A stretch of DNA of 64,000 nt from Verrucomicrobiota bacterium. GTDB taxonomy: Bacteria; Verrucomicrobiota; Verrucomicrobiia; Verrucomicrobiales; DEV007. The position numbers and the translations under genes are program-made. The stretch is from positions 10,195 through 74,194 of the forward strand of contig PKCI01000011.1 of assembly GCA_002862135.1 (NCBI GenBank), given 5' to 3'. The notes under the pieces are model-generated. The model saw nothing but the letters and a program-made list of their open reading frames with translations, was not told the origin of the DNA and did no database searches. This document shows, one piece after another, positions 55,599 to 64,000 of this stretch. Within the stretch, counting starts at the first letter, position 1, and the number at the start of each line of letters is the position of its first letter.

Positions 55599-57299
55599 TC
55601 AAGTGAACTCGACGCGACGACGTTTCGACGTCTTTCCGATTCCCGGGTTGAAGGTATTGGTCGGATCAAGTGATTCGTAGAAATCCTCCAGGGTCGAGTC
55701 TGCTTCATACATATGCCCGACATTGTGCTCAGCGGGATACTTCGCACCCTTCGCATCGAGAAACTCCAGCATCTTTTTCTTCATGGCCTCAGTGTCAGTG
55801 CCTTTCCTGAAGATGTAGTCCTGGTGAAAGACATGGCACATGAAGTGACCGTAGTAGAGCGCGAGGTCCAGATGCTCGGTGATATCTTCGGGAAGTTCCT
55901 CCACCCATTCCGCATCATGTCCTAGCAAAGCAATATCAAGGGCAAGCACTTCCTCGGTCGTTTTCTGATTCAGGTTCTGGTAACGAATCGCGGCACCGGC
56001 CGCGGCAAAGCGATGCAACAGGGCCGCCTGCTGTTCCTCCTCGTTGCACTCGAAGAAATCCACTCCGTCTATCTTCCCCCATTCCTCCTCGAGATAAGTG
56101 CGCGCTTCATCGATCCCGCCGTCGCTCATGCTGAGAATCAGGTAATATTCAAAGCGGTCACGATATTCGAGGAGGCGCTTCGGCAGGTGCTGCGGAAAGA
56201 GCCGGCTCACATAGTAGAGGAACAGGTCCGGCAAGAATTTCGGCAGGAACGGAATCTTGTTCAGGAAATACTCTGCACTCGACTTCAGGGCGTAGGCCTT
56301 CGGCAACTTCTCCGTCCCGAGATGCTTGATGGAGAGAAAAACGTCCTTACCGTATCTCTCCGCCGTGTCGAAGATCCCGCGGTTCATGTATTCGCACATG
56401 TCCGGCAGATCTTTAAACTGAGTGAGAATATGCTTCCGCAAGATCGCGAAGTCTTCAGGGTCATCGCTGCCCAGCATGAAGACCTGCTTGCGCTCAGCCA
56501 CCGGATAGGTATCCACCCGAACTGCGAACGCCGCTACCTTGCCGGCACTGCCACTGACCTCAAAAAGACGCTCTGGGTCAGCGTTGTAGCGATTGGGCAC
56601 CTCTGCGTCGAGATCGCGAATCCGGTCTCCGTAACCGCGATCCGAAGCGAGCATGTCGAATCCTTCCAGATCCTCCACGGGGATATCCCCTTTCTCCAGC
56701 CGCGCGAAAATTTCTTTAGGTGTGTCGCCGAGGTTCTTGATCCCGAGATGATCCACCAGGTTGAGCTTCCCGTCCTCATTGACCTGTCCAAACAACGACA
56801 ACTCCGTGTAGGAAGAACCGCGCTTGCACAGGGCTCCGCCCGCGTTGTTGGCAATACCACCGACGATGGTGGCACCGATCGTGGTCGAACCGATCACCGA
56901 ATGCGGCGCTCGTCCGAGCGGTTTCAGCACCTTTTCCAGTTCGTGAAGCGTCGCCCCAGGGAAAGCGAGCACCTGCTTACCGCCATCGAGCAGAATGATC
57001 TTCTTGATGCGGGTGACATTAATAACGACAACGTCCCGGTCGTAGTCGAACCCGCTGGGACAGGACCCTTCAGTAAGCCCAGTCTTGGTGGCCTGCATGA
57101 TGATGGCACAGTTGGCGTCGACACAGGCCTGGAGCACCTGCCACTGCTCGAGCAAGGTGGCGGGAAAAACCACGGCAGCAGCTCCGCCAAATCCCGAACG
57201 AAAGCCCGAACGATAGTAAGCTGTCCTGCTCTCCCTGGTGAGAACGTATTTCTCGCCAACCACGGCTTTGAGTGAGGAAATGAGGTTTGGATTCGACAT
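55599..57299 (-). CDS. dld: Membrane-associated FAD/quinone-dependent D-lactate dehydrogenase
   Basis: YRSGFRSGFG, TGLTEGSCP, PHSVIGST, YYGHFMCHVFHQDY, GAKYPAEHNVGH, DPTNTFNPGIGK. Confidence 0.92.
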   Translation of the reverse strand: MSNPNLISSLKAVVGEKYVLTRESRTAYYRSGFRSGFGGAAAVVFPATLLEQWQVLQACVDANCAIIMQATKTGLTEGSCPSGFDYDRDVVVINVTRIKKIILLDGGKQVLAFPGATLHELEKVLKPLGRAPHSVIGSTTIGATIVGGIANNAGGALCKRGSSYTELSLFGQVNEDGKLNLVDHLGIKNLGDTPKEIFARLEKGDIPVEDLEGFDMLASDRGYGDRIRDLDAEVPNRYNADPERLFEVSGSAGKVAAFAVRVDTYPVAERKQVFMLGSDDPEDFAILRKHILTQFKDLPDMCEYMNRGIFDTAERYGKDVFLSIKHLGTEKLPKAYALKSSAEYFLNKIPFLPKFLPDLFLYYVSRLFPQHLPKRLLEYRDRFEYYLILSMSDGGIDEARTYLEEEWGKIDGVDFFECNEEEQQAALLHRFAAAGAAIRYQNLNQKTTEEVLALDIALLGHDAEWVEELPEDITEHLDLALYYGHFMCHVFHQDYIFRKGTDTEAMKKKMLEFLDAKGAKYPAEHNVGHMYEADSTLEDFYESLDPTNTFNPGIGKTSKRRRVEFT

Positions 57300-57387
57300 G
57301 GGAAAAGCTGCCGGTCATCCTGAAGGACCTGCACGCGAAATTCAAGGCGCGGAAAAGAGGCACGTCCGCAACTTCCAACCGCGGGTA

Positions 57388-58695
57388 TCAAACCACGTCG
57401 CGGCGAGCCTCAATCTTAGCCTTCAAGAGTCCCATCAGGGAGTAGAGACCGAAGTAGGCCCGGTTGAGATAGATCGAATCCACTGATCCACGAGCCGTGC
57501 GCACATCGCGAAAGTCCTGGTTCCTGCGCTGCTCTTCGCCCATCTCGAAGATGCTGGCCATGTAGGAATCGTCAGCGAAATCAAAACTTCCTTCGTGGAA
57601 CGGCTTGCCGAGCAAGCGGGTTCCGCGTCTCGCACTTTCAATGATCAGTTCGCGATCGCGAGGCGAATCTTCAGATGAGATGATGTCGAGCGTTTCCAGC
57701 GCCTCGATAAAAGCGGCTTCGTCTTCAACCACCTCAGGGTCAAGGAAGCGGAAGTAGTCGCGATGAAACTGTTCGTCGATCAGCTTGGTGCAGCCGAAAT
57801 CGAGGACGACCACCTGCCCCTGCTCGTCGACAAGAAAGTTCCCCGGATGCGGATCGGCGTGAAACTGTTTCAGCTGATGAATCTGGAAATGATAAAAGTC
57901 CCAGATCGCCTGCCCCACCGCGTTGCGGCGATCCTGGTCAGTTTCCGCCGCCGCGTAGCGGTCCAGCGGATGCCCGTCAATCCAGTCCATCGTCAGCACT
58001 CGCCGATTGGAATACTCGGGGTAATATTCAGGAAAGCGGATCCCTTTGATCTTTTCTGACGTCGCCTTGGACAAGGCCATAGATCGCTCCAACTCAAGAT
58101 TGTAGTTCGTTTCTTCAAGCAAGCGCTCACGCACCTCCTCAAAGTAGGGACCCACCTCAGTGGACTTCAGTCCGAGAATCTGCAAGGCCACCGGCTTCAC
58201 CACGGCGAGGTCGCTGTCGAGGCTGTCGGCTACTCCCGGGTATTGAACTTTCACGGCGAAGGTTTGCTCCCCGATCGTCGCCCGATGGACCTGGCCAATC
58301 GATGCCCCGTGAACAGCTGACCGGGTGAAACTGTCAAAGATCGCAAGCGGTTCGTTCCCGAACTCCCGCTTAAACGTGCGAACCACCAGCGGATACGACA
58401 AGGGCGGAGCGGAGTATTGAGCCTGAGCGAACTGCTTGCGATAGGCCTCCGGGAGAATGTTGCGATCGATACTAAGCATCTGGGCGAACTTCAGCGGCCC
58501 GCCTTTAAGCTTGGAGAAAGTGTCGTAAATCGCTCCGGCATTGGCCTCGTCCAACGCCTCATGATCGGCTCCCGCACCAACGGCACGCCTGCCATAATGC
58601 TTGAGGTAATTCACCCCGACCTTTGCCCCGGCACCGGCAAGAGCCGTGACCCGGGAGGCACGTCCGGAAGGGATGGACTGCTGCTCGGTGGTCAT
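57388..58695 (-). CDS. ABC1/UbiB/AarF atypical kinase
   Basis: LKGGPLKFAQMLS, ASIGQVHRA, VKVQYPGV, HADPHPGNF, LDFG. Confidence 0.92.
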   Translation of the reverse strand: MTTEQQSIPSGRASRVTALAGAGAKVGVNYLKHYGRRAVGAGADHEALDEANAGAIYDTFSKLKGGPLKFAQMLSIDRNILPEAYRKQFAQAQYSAPPLSYPLVVRTFKREFGNEPLAIFDSFTRSAVHGASIGQVHRATIGEQTFAVKVQYPGVADSLDSDLAVVKPVALQILGLKSTEVGPYFEEVRERLLEETNYNLELERSMALSKATSEKIKGIRFPEYYPEYSNRRVLTMDWIDGHPLDRYAAAETDQDRRNAVGQAIWDFYHFQIHQLKQFHADPHPGNFLVDEQGQVVVLDFGCTKLIDEQFHRDYFRFLDPEVVEDEAAFIEALETLDIISSEDSPRDRELIIESARRGTRLLGKPFHEGSFDFADDSYMASIFEMGEEQRRNQDFRDVRTARGSVDSIYLNRAYFGLYSLMGLLKAKIEARRDVV

Positions 58696-58698
58696 AGG

Positions 58699-59343
58699 TC
58701 AATCAGCTTTGGCCCAGCTGCGCCCGCTGAGAAACCGGAAGAGATCAAATGCCGAGTCCACTGCCTGAGTTCCGATCACATCAAATGCCAGTCGAACTGA
58801 CTTCTCGATGTAGGCGTCAGTGCGCTCGAAACCCGAGCTGTCATCGGCGAGATTGAATTCAATCACCGAAAGAAAATGGCCAAACAATCCCAGCGGGTAG
58901 GTCCGTGTCATCGCTCCGCGACAGGCGATTTCGCCGTTGGACATTCCCTTTTCAAGGATTTCATCAGCAAATTTGGTGAAAGCGGAGCGCATGCCACAGA
59001 GGCCCTCCGGAGGTTGTCTGCAGCTCTTTTTCCATCGCGGAAACCGTGCCAGGAAAAAGGAACGCTGATCCAGGGTCCGATCGCAATAGGCGTAAAGGAA
59101 AGTCAATAGACACTGGCGGGCGTTGAAGCCTGCCCAGTCCTCCTCCGACCGTATAGCATCGAGAGTTTCGCGAACAGTAGACTCCCAGAAACTCGATTCC
59201 AATGCCTCGAAAGAACCGAACTGCTCGAAGAACTCGCGCTCTCCGATCCCCAGGTCCTTGGCGAAGGCATACACCGAAGGAGGCGGTTTACCATGCTCCA
59301 ACACATAGTGCTGAAAGCGTCCGATGATTTCACTTCGTTCCAT
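58699..59343 (-). CDS. TetR-like transcriptional regulator (degenerate HTH, TetR C-terminal domain)
   Basis: YVLEHGKPPPSVYAFAK...EFFEQFGSFEALE, and DDSSGFERTDAYIEKSV. Confidence 0.7.
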   Translation of the reverse strand: MERSEIIGRFQHYVLEHGKPPPSVYAFAKDLGIGEREFFEQFGSFEALESSFWESTVRETLDAIRSEEDWAGFNARQCLLTFLYAYCDRTLDQRSFFLARFPRWKKSCRQPPEGLCGMRSAFTKFADEILEKGMSNGEIACRGAMTRTYPLGLFGHFLSVIEFNLADDSSGFERTDAYIEKSVRLAFDVIGTQAVDSAFDLFRFLSGRSWAKAD

Positions 59344-59411
59344 CGCCCCGGATTACGTCTCCGGAGCAGGACAAGATGATCCTCTCTCAGGCAAGAGTTC
59401 GTCAAACCCGA

Positions 59412-59783
59412 CTAGGCTTGTGCTTTCCTTGCCGCAATGAACGAACGAACGGCCATGACCGTGAAGAAAATTGTGACCGCCGTCATGATCAAAATGAGAT
59501 AGGTGGAAGTCGCCCCCCAGTCCAAAGAGCCTTTCGCCATCGAAGGAATGAGACGCCCAAGACCTGCTAGCGCTCCAAGGAGAGAGAACAACACGGCAAT
59601 GTGCATACCCACCTTGGTGTTCTTGATGGCGATAACAGCACCAATCAGCATGCCGATCCCGAAGAGGGCCGGGATTGCAGCGGTGACTGATTGTTTTGAA
59701 GCGCCCAGAGCTTCCCAGGCAAAATAGCCGAGCAAACCAAGGATGATCAGGATAGCGGAGCAGAGAAAAGCGAGATTCTTCAT
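59412..59783 (-). CDS. Small four-TM membrane protein
   Basis: Four hydrophobic segments and a basic C-terminus. Confidence 0.7.
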   Translation of the reverse strand: MKNLAFLCSAILIILGLLGYFAWEALGASKQSVTAAIPALFGIGMLIGAVIAIKNTKVGMHIAVLFSLLGALAGLGRLIPSMAKGSLDWGATSTYLILIMTAVTIFFTVMAVRSFIAARKAQA

Positions 59784-60128
59784 CGTTTAGTGGTCAAATG
59801 TATCGCAGAAAACGCGACGAATGACAAATCCCCAAAAGAGCCACCCGCCGCTAATTATGCTCTACGCCTGTAAAAACGGGAAGGGAACCCGGAGAGCGAC
59901 GTTGGGTGGTTTTTGAATAGCACCGAGAGTGGGATAATGACACTAACTACCTGTCAGAGTTTTTAGCTGTGAATCACACGCTACGGTATTTCGACCGTGG
60001 GATTTTCTCATTCGCTTCGCTAATGAGATCCCTCCGTCCCGCTAACGCGCAACTCCAAGTCGACCTGTGGTTCAAATCCATTCTCCCAATATCAACAGCT
60101 CCACTTCGCTGGGGCTAGCCCTTGTTGA

Positions 60129-60218
60129 TGGCAGAGAGAGTGGGATTCGAACCCACGGTAGGTTGCCCTACACTCGATTTCGAATCGAGCGCCTTAAACC
60201 AGACTCAGCCATCTCTCC
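60129..60218 (-). tRNA. tRNA-Ser (anticodon CGA)
   Basis: GGAGAGATGGCTGAGTCTGGTTTAAGGCG-CTCGA-TTCGAAA-TCGAG-(long variable arm)-GTGGGTTCGAATCCCAC-TCTCTCT-GCCA; encoded CCA, discriminator G. Confidence 0.97.
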
Positions 60219-60349
60219 GCTTCTTTTCGGCTCGATGGTGAGCCGACCATTCCTTCAATGCCATGACCAGTCTGGTGGCCATAAATTGAGAAAGGGCGGG
60301 TAGCTTCAATCTCACCGCACCGTTTTTCAAGGTCGAATTTCCTTGAGTA

Positions 60350-61030
60350 TCAGTCTTCCACCACCGCGTCGCGGCCGTAGAACTTGACCTTACGCTTGAT
60401 CTTTTCGCGGCCGTTATTTTCGCGCCACTCATTGGTGTCGCGAAGGCTGTAAACGCAGCCGCAGTATTCCTGTTGATAGAACTCCTCGTTCTTGGAAATC
60501 TCAATCATGCGCTGGGCCCCTCCCTGCTTTCGCCAGTTGAAGGTCCAGTAAGTCATTCCGTCGTGGCGGGCAGCAGCCCGCTCTCCACAGCCGTTGATCT
60601 GGGCCATGTTCTTCCAACGGGAAATTCCGAGCGTGCTGGAAATGAGATCAAACCCATGCCCGGCCGCGTAGTCAGCGGTCACTTCGAATCGCATGTCGAA
60701 ACACTCCGTGCAGCGAATTCCCCGCTCGGGCTCGTTCTCCATCCCCTTGGTCCGCTCGAACCAGTCCTTCGCATTGTAATCCCAGTCGACAAACTCCATG
60801 CCGAGCTTCTCAGCGTAGCGGATGTTCTCCTGCTTACGGATTTCGTATTCGTCGCGCGGGTGAATATTGGGGTTGTAGAAAAAGATCGTTGTTTCGATGC
60901 TCGAAGCAGCGAGTGCGTCCATGACTTCAGCCGCGCAAGGAGCGCAGCAGGAATGCATCAGGACCTTCTTCGCGCCGTTCGGAGTGTTGAGAACCGGGCG
61001 CTCGTAGTTGTCCACGGAAAACCGTGACAT
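60350..61030 (-). CDS. queH: Epoxyqueuosine reductase QueH (DUF208)
   Basis: [38 protein letters not shown]. The start could also be 61060. Confidence 0.92.
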   Translation of the reverse strand: MSRFSVDNYERPVLNTPNGAKKVLMHSCCAPCAAEVMDALAASSIETTIFFYNPNIHPRDEYEIRKQENIRYAEKLGMEFVDWDYNAKDWFERTKGMENEPERGIRCTECFDMRFEVTADYAAGHGFDLISSTLGISRWKNMAQINGCGERAAARHDGMTYWTFNWRKQGGAQRMIEISKNEEFYQQEYCGCVYSLRDTNEWRENNGREKIKRKVKFYGRDAVVED

Positions 61031-61092
61031 GTCGTCCTCACCCCTGTCGTTGCCGCTCATTGATCGTCTTCCCATACTAATCCACGGGAGGT

Positions 61093-63555
61093 TCAATCCC
61101 GGGAATATAGTAGGAAAGCTTTGCGCCGTTTCAAGAAACGATCGAGTTCCGGGTCCCAGCCCTCGCGAATCGCAGCCTTGGATTCGAGCTCCAGCGCGGC
61201 TTGGAGCGTTTTCTCGTGCCTCAAGAGAATATTGCCTTTTTCGGCGAGGCTAAAGGTATCCGGGTGCAAATCGTGGAGGCTGCGCATCAGGGCCAGCCCC
61301 AGATCGAGCGGTCGCACCGCATCACGATCCGTGATGAGAAACTTCACCCCGCCGCAGTCTTCGCCGTCGTAAACGCTGGTGTTCGGAGTGAATCGAGTCG
61401 GCAGGAACAAGATTCCCGGCACATTCTCCTCCTGCAGACGGGCCACGAGTCGTCCCTCGTGAATCCAGGGAGCACCAATGTGCTCAAAAGGCGTTGCTGT
61501 TCCGCGGCCAACCGAAACATTAGTGAACTCGATCAGGCCCACCCCCGGGTAAAGCATCGCTTCGGTCACGCTGCGAATATTCGGGGAAGGATTGATCCAG
61601 GGAAGCCCCGATTCGTCGAGGCACTTGCCGGGATTCCAGCCTTCGATAGGGATCACCTGAAGCTGGACATCAATTTTGCGCTCCTTCTGGAACATCCGCG
61701 CTAACTCACCCACGGTCATCCCGTGCTGCACCGGGATATCATGAAACGCGACAAAGTCATTGCCTTCACCGGAACGAACCGGGCCGTCGACGATTTTCGC
61801 TCCGATCGGATTGACTCGGTCGAGCACCATGAACTTTACCCCGGCATCTCCGGCAGCCTCCATCGCCAGACCCATCGTGGAGATGTAAGTATAAAACCGG
61901 CAGCCAATGTCCTGGATATCAAAAATCACCGCATCGAGCCCTTTCAACTGCTCCGGGGTCGGCTTGCGGTTCTCCGACTTGTAGAGACTGTAAATCGGAA
62001 GACCGGTGGCTTTGTCCGTATCATCATCGACTGAGTCCTGCTCGAGAACCCCGCGAATTCCATGCTCGGGAGAAAAGAGAGAGACGAGGTCCACTCCCGG
62101 TGCCGATGCGAGGAGGTCAATCGTTGAGCGTCGATGGCGATTGATCCCTGTCTGGTTGGTGATCAACCCGATCTTCATTCCGGCCAGTTCAGAAAACCCG
62201 TCGCGCTCGAGAATATCGATCCCGTTCAGCACAACAGCATCTCCGCCGGAAGCGACCATCGCCGGCTGCGGACCAGCCCCCCCTTCTTCCGCGAGTGGCA
62301 CCAATTTGGTGTAACCCACAGCCTCGGCGGCAAGTGTTCCGACCTCGATTCGAAGAGGCTTCACGCTGGTACCTTCGGCAGGATGGTTGCGGTTCGTCAG
62401 AAGAATAACGAATGTCTCCGACGCCGGATCCACCCAAATCGATGTTCCTGTCCAACCGGTATGGCCAAAGCCTTCACGCGGAAATTTTTCACCTCTTTGA
62501 TAGGCGTAAGGTGAGCTGATATCCCAACCGAGCGCGCGCTCGATTCCGAGCTCCGCCGGCAACTGGTTTTGCGTGGCCTCAGCAATGGTTTCCGGCTCGA
62601 GAATCTGGCTCTCGCCTGACTGGCCGCCGTTGATCAGCATGCGCACCATCTTCGCCACATCTTCGGCCGTGGAGAAAAGCCCGGCATGTCCCGACACACC
62701 CTGCATGCGCCTGGCCGTGGGATCGTGCACTTCGGCGCGTATTAATCCGTATCCGGCGATCTTGGTGGTCGGAGCCACCCGCTTCGCCACCGGCCCCAGC
62801 GGGACGAATCCGGTGTCGCGCATTTTCAACGGGCCAAAAAAGTAGTCATCCGCAAACGAATCAAGCCGCTGCCCTGAGACACGTTTTACGATTTCGCCCA
62901 GCAGGACGAAATTCACATCACTGTAGCGAAAACGGGTCCCAGGCGTTTCGAGCAAACCGATTGTCGCGGCCCGATGGACGCCCTCCTCGTGCCCCCAGAA
63001 ATCCCTTTCGCTCAGGTATATCGATGGCGGTAAGCCGCTCTGGTGAGTCAGCAGGTGGCGAACCGTGATCCCTTCGCGATGAGCTGCGGTCACCTCTTCA
63101 TCCTTCGCCTTTTCACGAACCCCGCCCTCAAGAAATTCGGGGATATGTTTCGACACCGGCGTATCGAGATCGAGCAACCCCTCCTCCGCCAGCAGCAGTA
63201 TAGCTGGGGTTGTGGCGAGGACTTTGGTCAGGCTCGCCACGTCGAAAACCGTCCCCATCGTCATCGGTTCTTCTCCCGGCCAGACCATACGATTGCCGTA
63301 GGCTTTCTGAACCACTTCACCTTTGGATTCCAACCAGAGCACCGCTCCTGGGATCTCTCCCCCTTCGATCGCCGTCGCGATCACTCCGTCGATTGCCTTG
63401 AGTTTCGAGAAGTCAAAGGGCTCAGCCGAAGCAGTAATACAGAGTGCGGCCCACGCCACCACGAGGGAAACCCACCACTGCCATGACCATTGCAAGAATT
63501 TCAAAAAGAAGGATACGAGGAAAAAATGGGGATCTAACAGAGTTAATTCAATCAC
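61093..63555 (-). CDS. Fusion of a beta-lactamase-family serine hydrolase and a DUF1343/NamZ exo-beta-N-acetylmuramidase
   Basis: SLTK, YSD and GHTGWTG motifs; then [60 protein letters not shown]. Confidence 0.9.
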   Translation of the reverse strand: MIELTLLDPHFFLVSFFLKFLQWSWQWWVSLVVAWAALCITASAEPFDFSKLKAIDGVIATAIEGGEIPGAVLWLESKGEVVQKAYGNRMVWPGEEPMTMGTVFDVASLTKVLATTPAILLLAEEGLLDLDTPVSKHIPEFLEGGVREKAKDEEVTAAHREGITVRHLLTHQSGLPPSIYLSERDFWGHEEGVHRAATIGLLETPGTRFRYSDVNFVLLGEIVKRVSGQRLDSFADDYFFGPLKMRDTGFVPLGPVAKRVAPTTKIAGYGLIRAEVHDPTARRMQGVSGHAGLFSTAEDVAKMVRMLINGGQSGESQILEPETIAEATQNQLPAELGIERALGWDISSPYAYQRGEKFPREGFGHTGWTGTSIWVDPASETFVILLTNRNHPAEGTSVKPLRIEVGTLAAEAVGYTKLVPLAEEGGAGPQPAMVASGGDAVVLNGIDILERDGFSELAGMKIGLITNQTGINRHRRSTIDLLASAPGVDLVSLFSPEHGIRGVLEQDSVDDDTDKATGLPIYSLYKSENRKPTPEQLKGLDAVIFDIQDIGCRFYTYISTMGLAMEAAGDAGVKFMVLDRVNPIGAKIVDGPVRSGEGNDFVAFHDIPVQHGMTVGELARMFQKERKIDVQLQVIPIEGWNPGKCLDESGLPWINPSPNIRSVTEAMLYPGVGLIEFTNVSVGRGTATPFEHIGAPWIHEGRLVARLQEENVPGILFLPTRFTPNTSVYDGEDCGGVKFLITDRDAVRPLDLGLALMRSLHDLHPDTFSLAEKGNILLRHEKTLQAALELESKAAIREGWDPELDRFLKRRKAFLLYSRD

Positions 63556-63657
63556 TTAACCCTCTTCAGTCTTGCCCATTCCTACCCTCGAATCAATCCC
63601 GCTATTGAGCAGGGGTTCCGGTTGACCGCAAGGAGGCTCACCGATACACTCGCGGCG

Positions 63658-64000
<343 letters not shown>

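Noticed and set aside
56013-57275. 420-aa plus-strand ORF and similar long overlapping ORFs (2208..3275, 21505..22449, 33913..35160, 43770..44681)
   Set aside because: Each lies opposite or within a well-supported gene and has no motifs of its own.
54200-60129. Genomic island integrated at tRNA-Ser
   Set aside because: No integrase and no convincing long duplication of the tRNA 3' end at a far boundary; only an 11-bp match close to the tRNA.

Overview
A gene-dense, roughly 55-60% GC (by eye) chromosomal window, most likely from a Verrucomicrobiota bacterium (inferred from PVC-type DUF1592/DUF1552, DUF1549/1553/DUF1501 and PVC haem-binding proteins). The left ~26.5 kb is an accessory, probably sulfated-glycan-related region. 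It holds two near-duplicate DUF1592 cytochrome genes flanking DUF1552, a LacI regulator, two intact sulfatases and one truncated one, a DUF1080/dehydrogenase/cytochrome c fusion, and an ECF sigma/FecR-LamG anti-sigma/DUF1553/DUF1501 cassette. At ~26.9-28.2 kb a 7-blade beta-propeller gene ends in a canonical-looking 59-bp attC site, with no integrase in the window (orphan integron cassette); this is the most distinctive hidden feature. The rest is mostly housekeeping: rnr, carB, gmhA/heptose kinase/RfaH-like gene/msbA, metX, pth, rpsF, an Snf2 ATPase, amt with a sigma54 promoter, dld, tRNA-Ser(CGA), queH, a beta-lactamase-like/NamZ fusion and trpG/pabA. No CRISPR array, rRNA, transposase or integrase was found. 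All protein calls come from motif recognition, not database searches.
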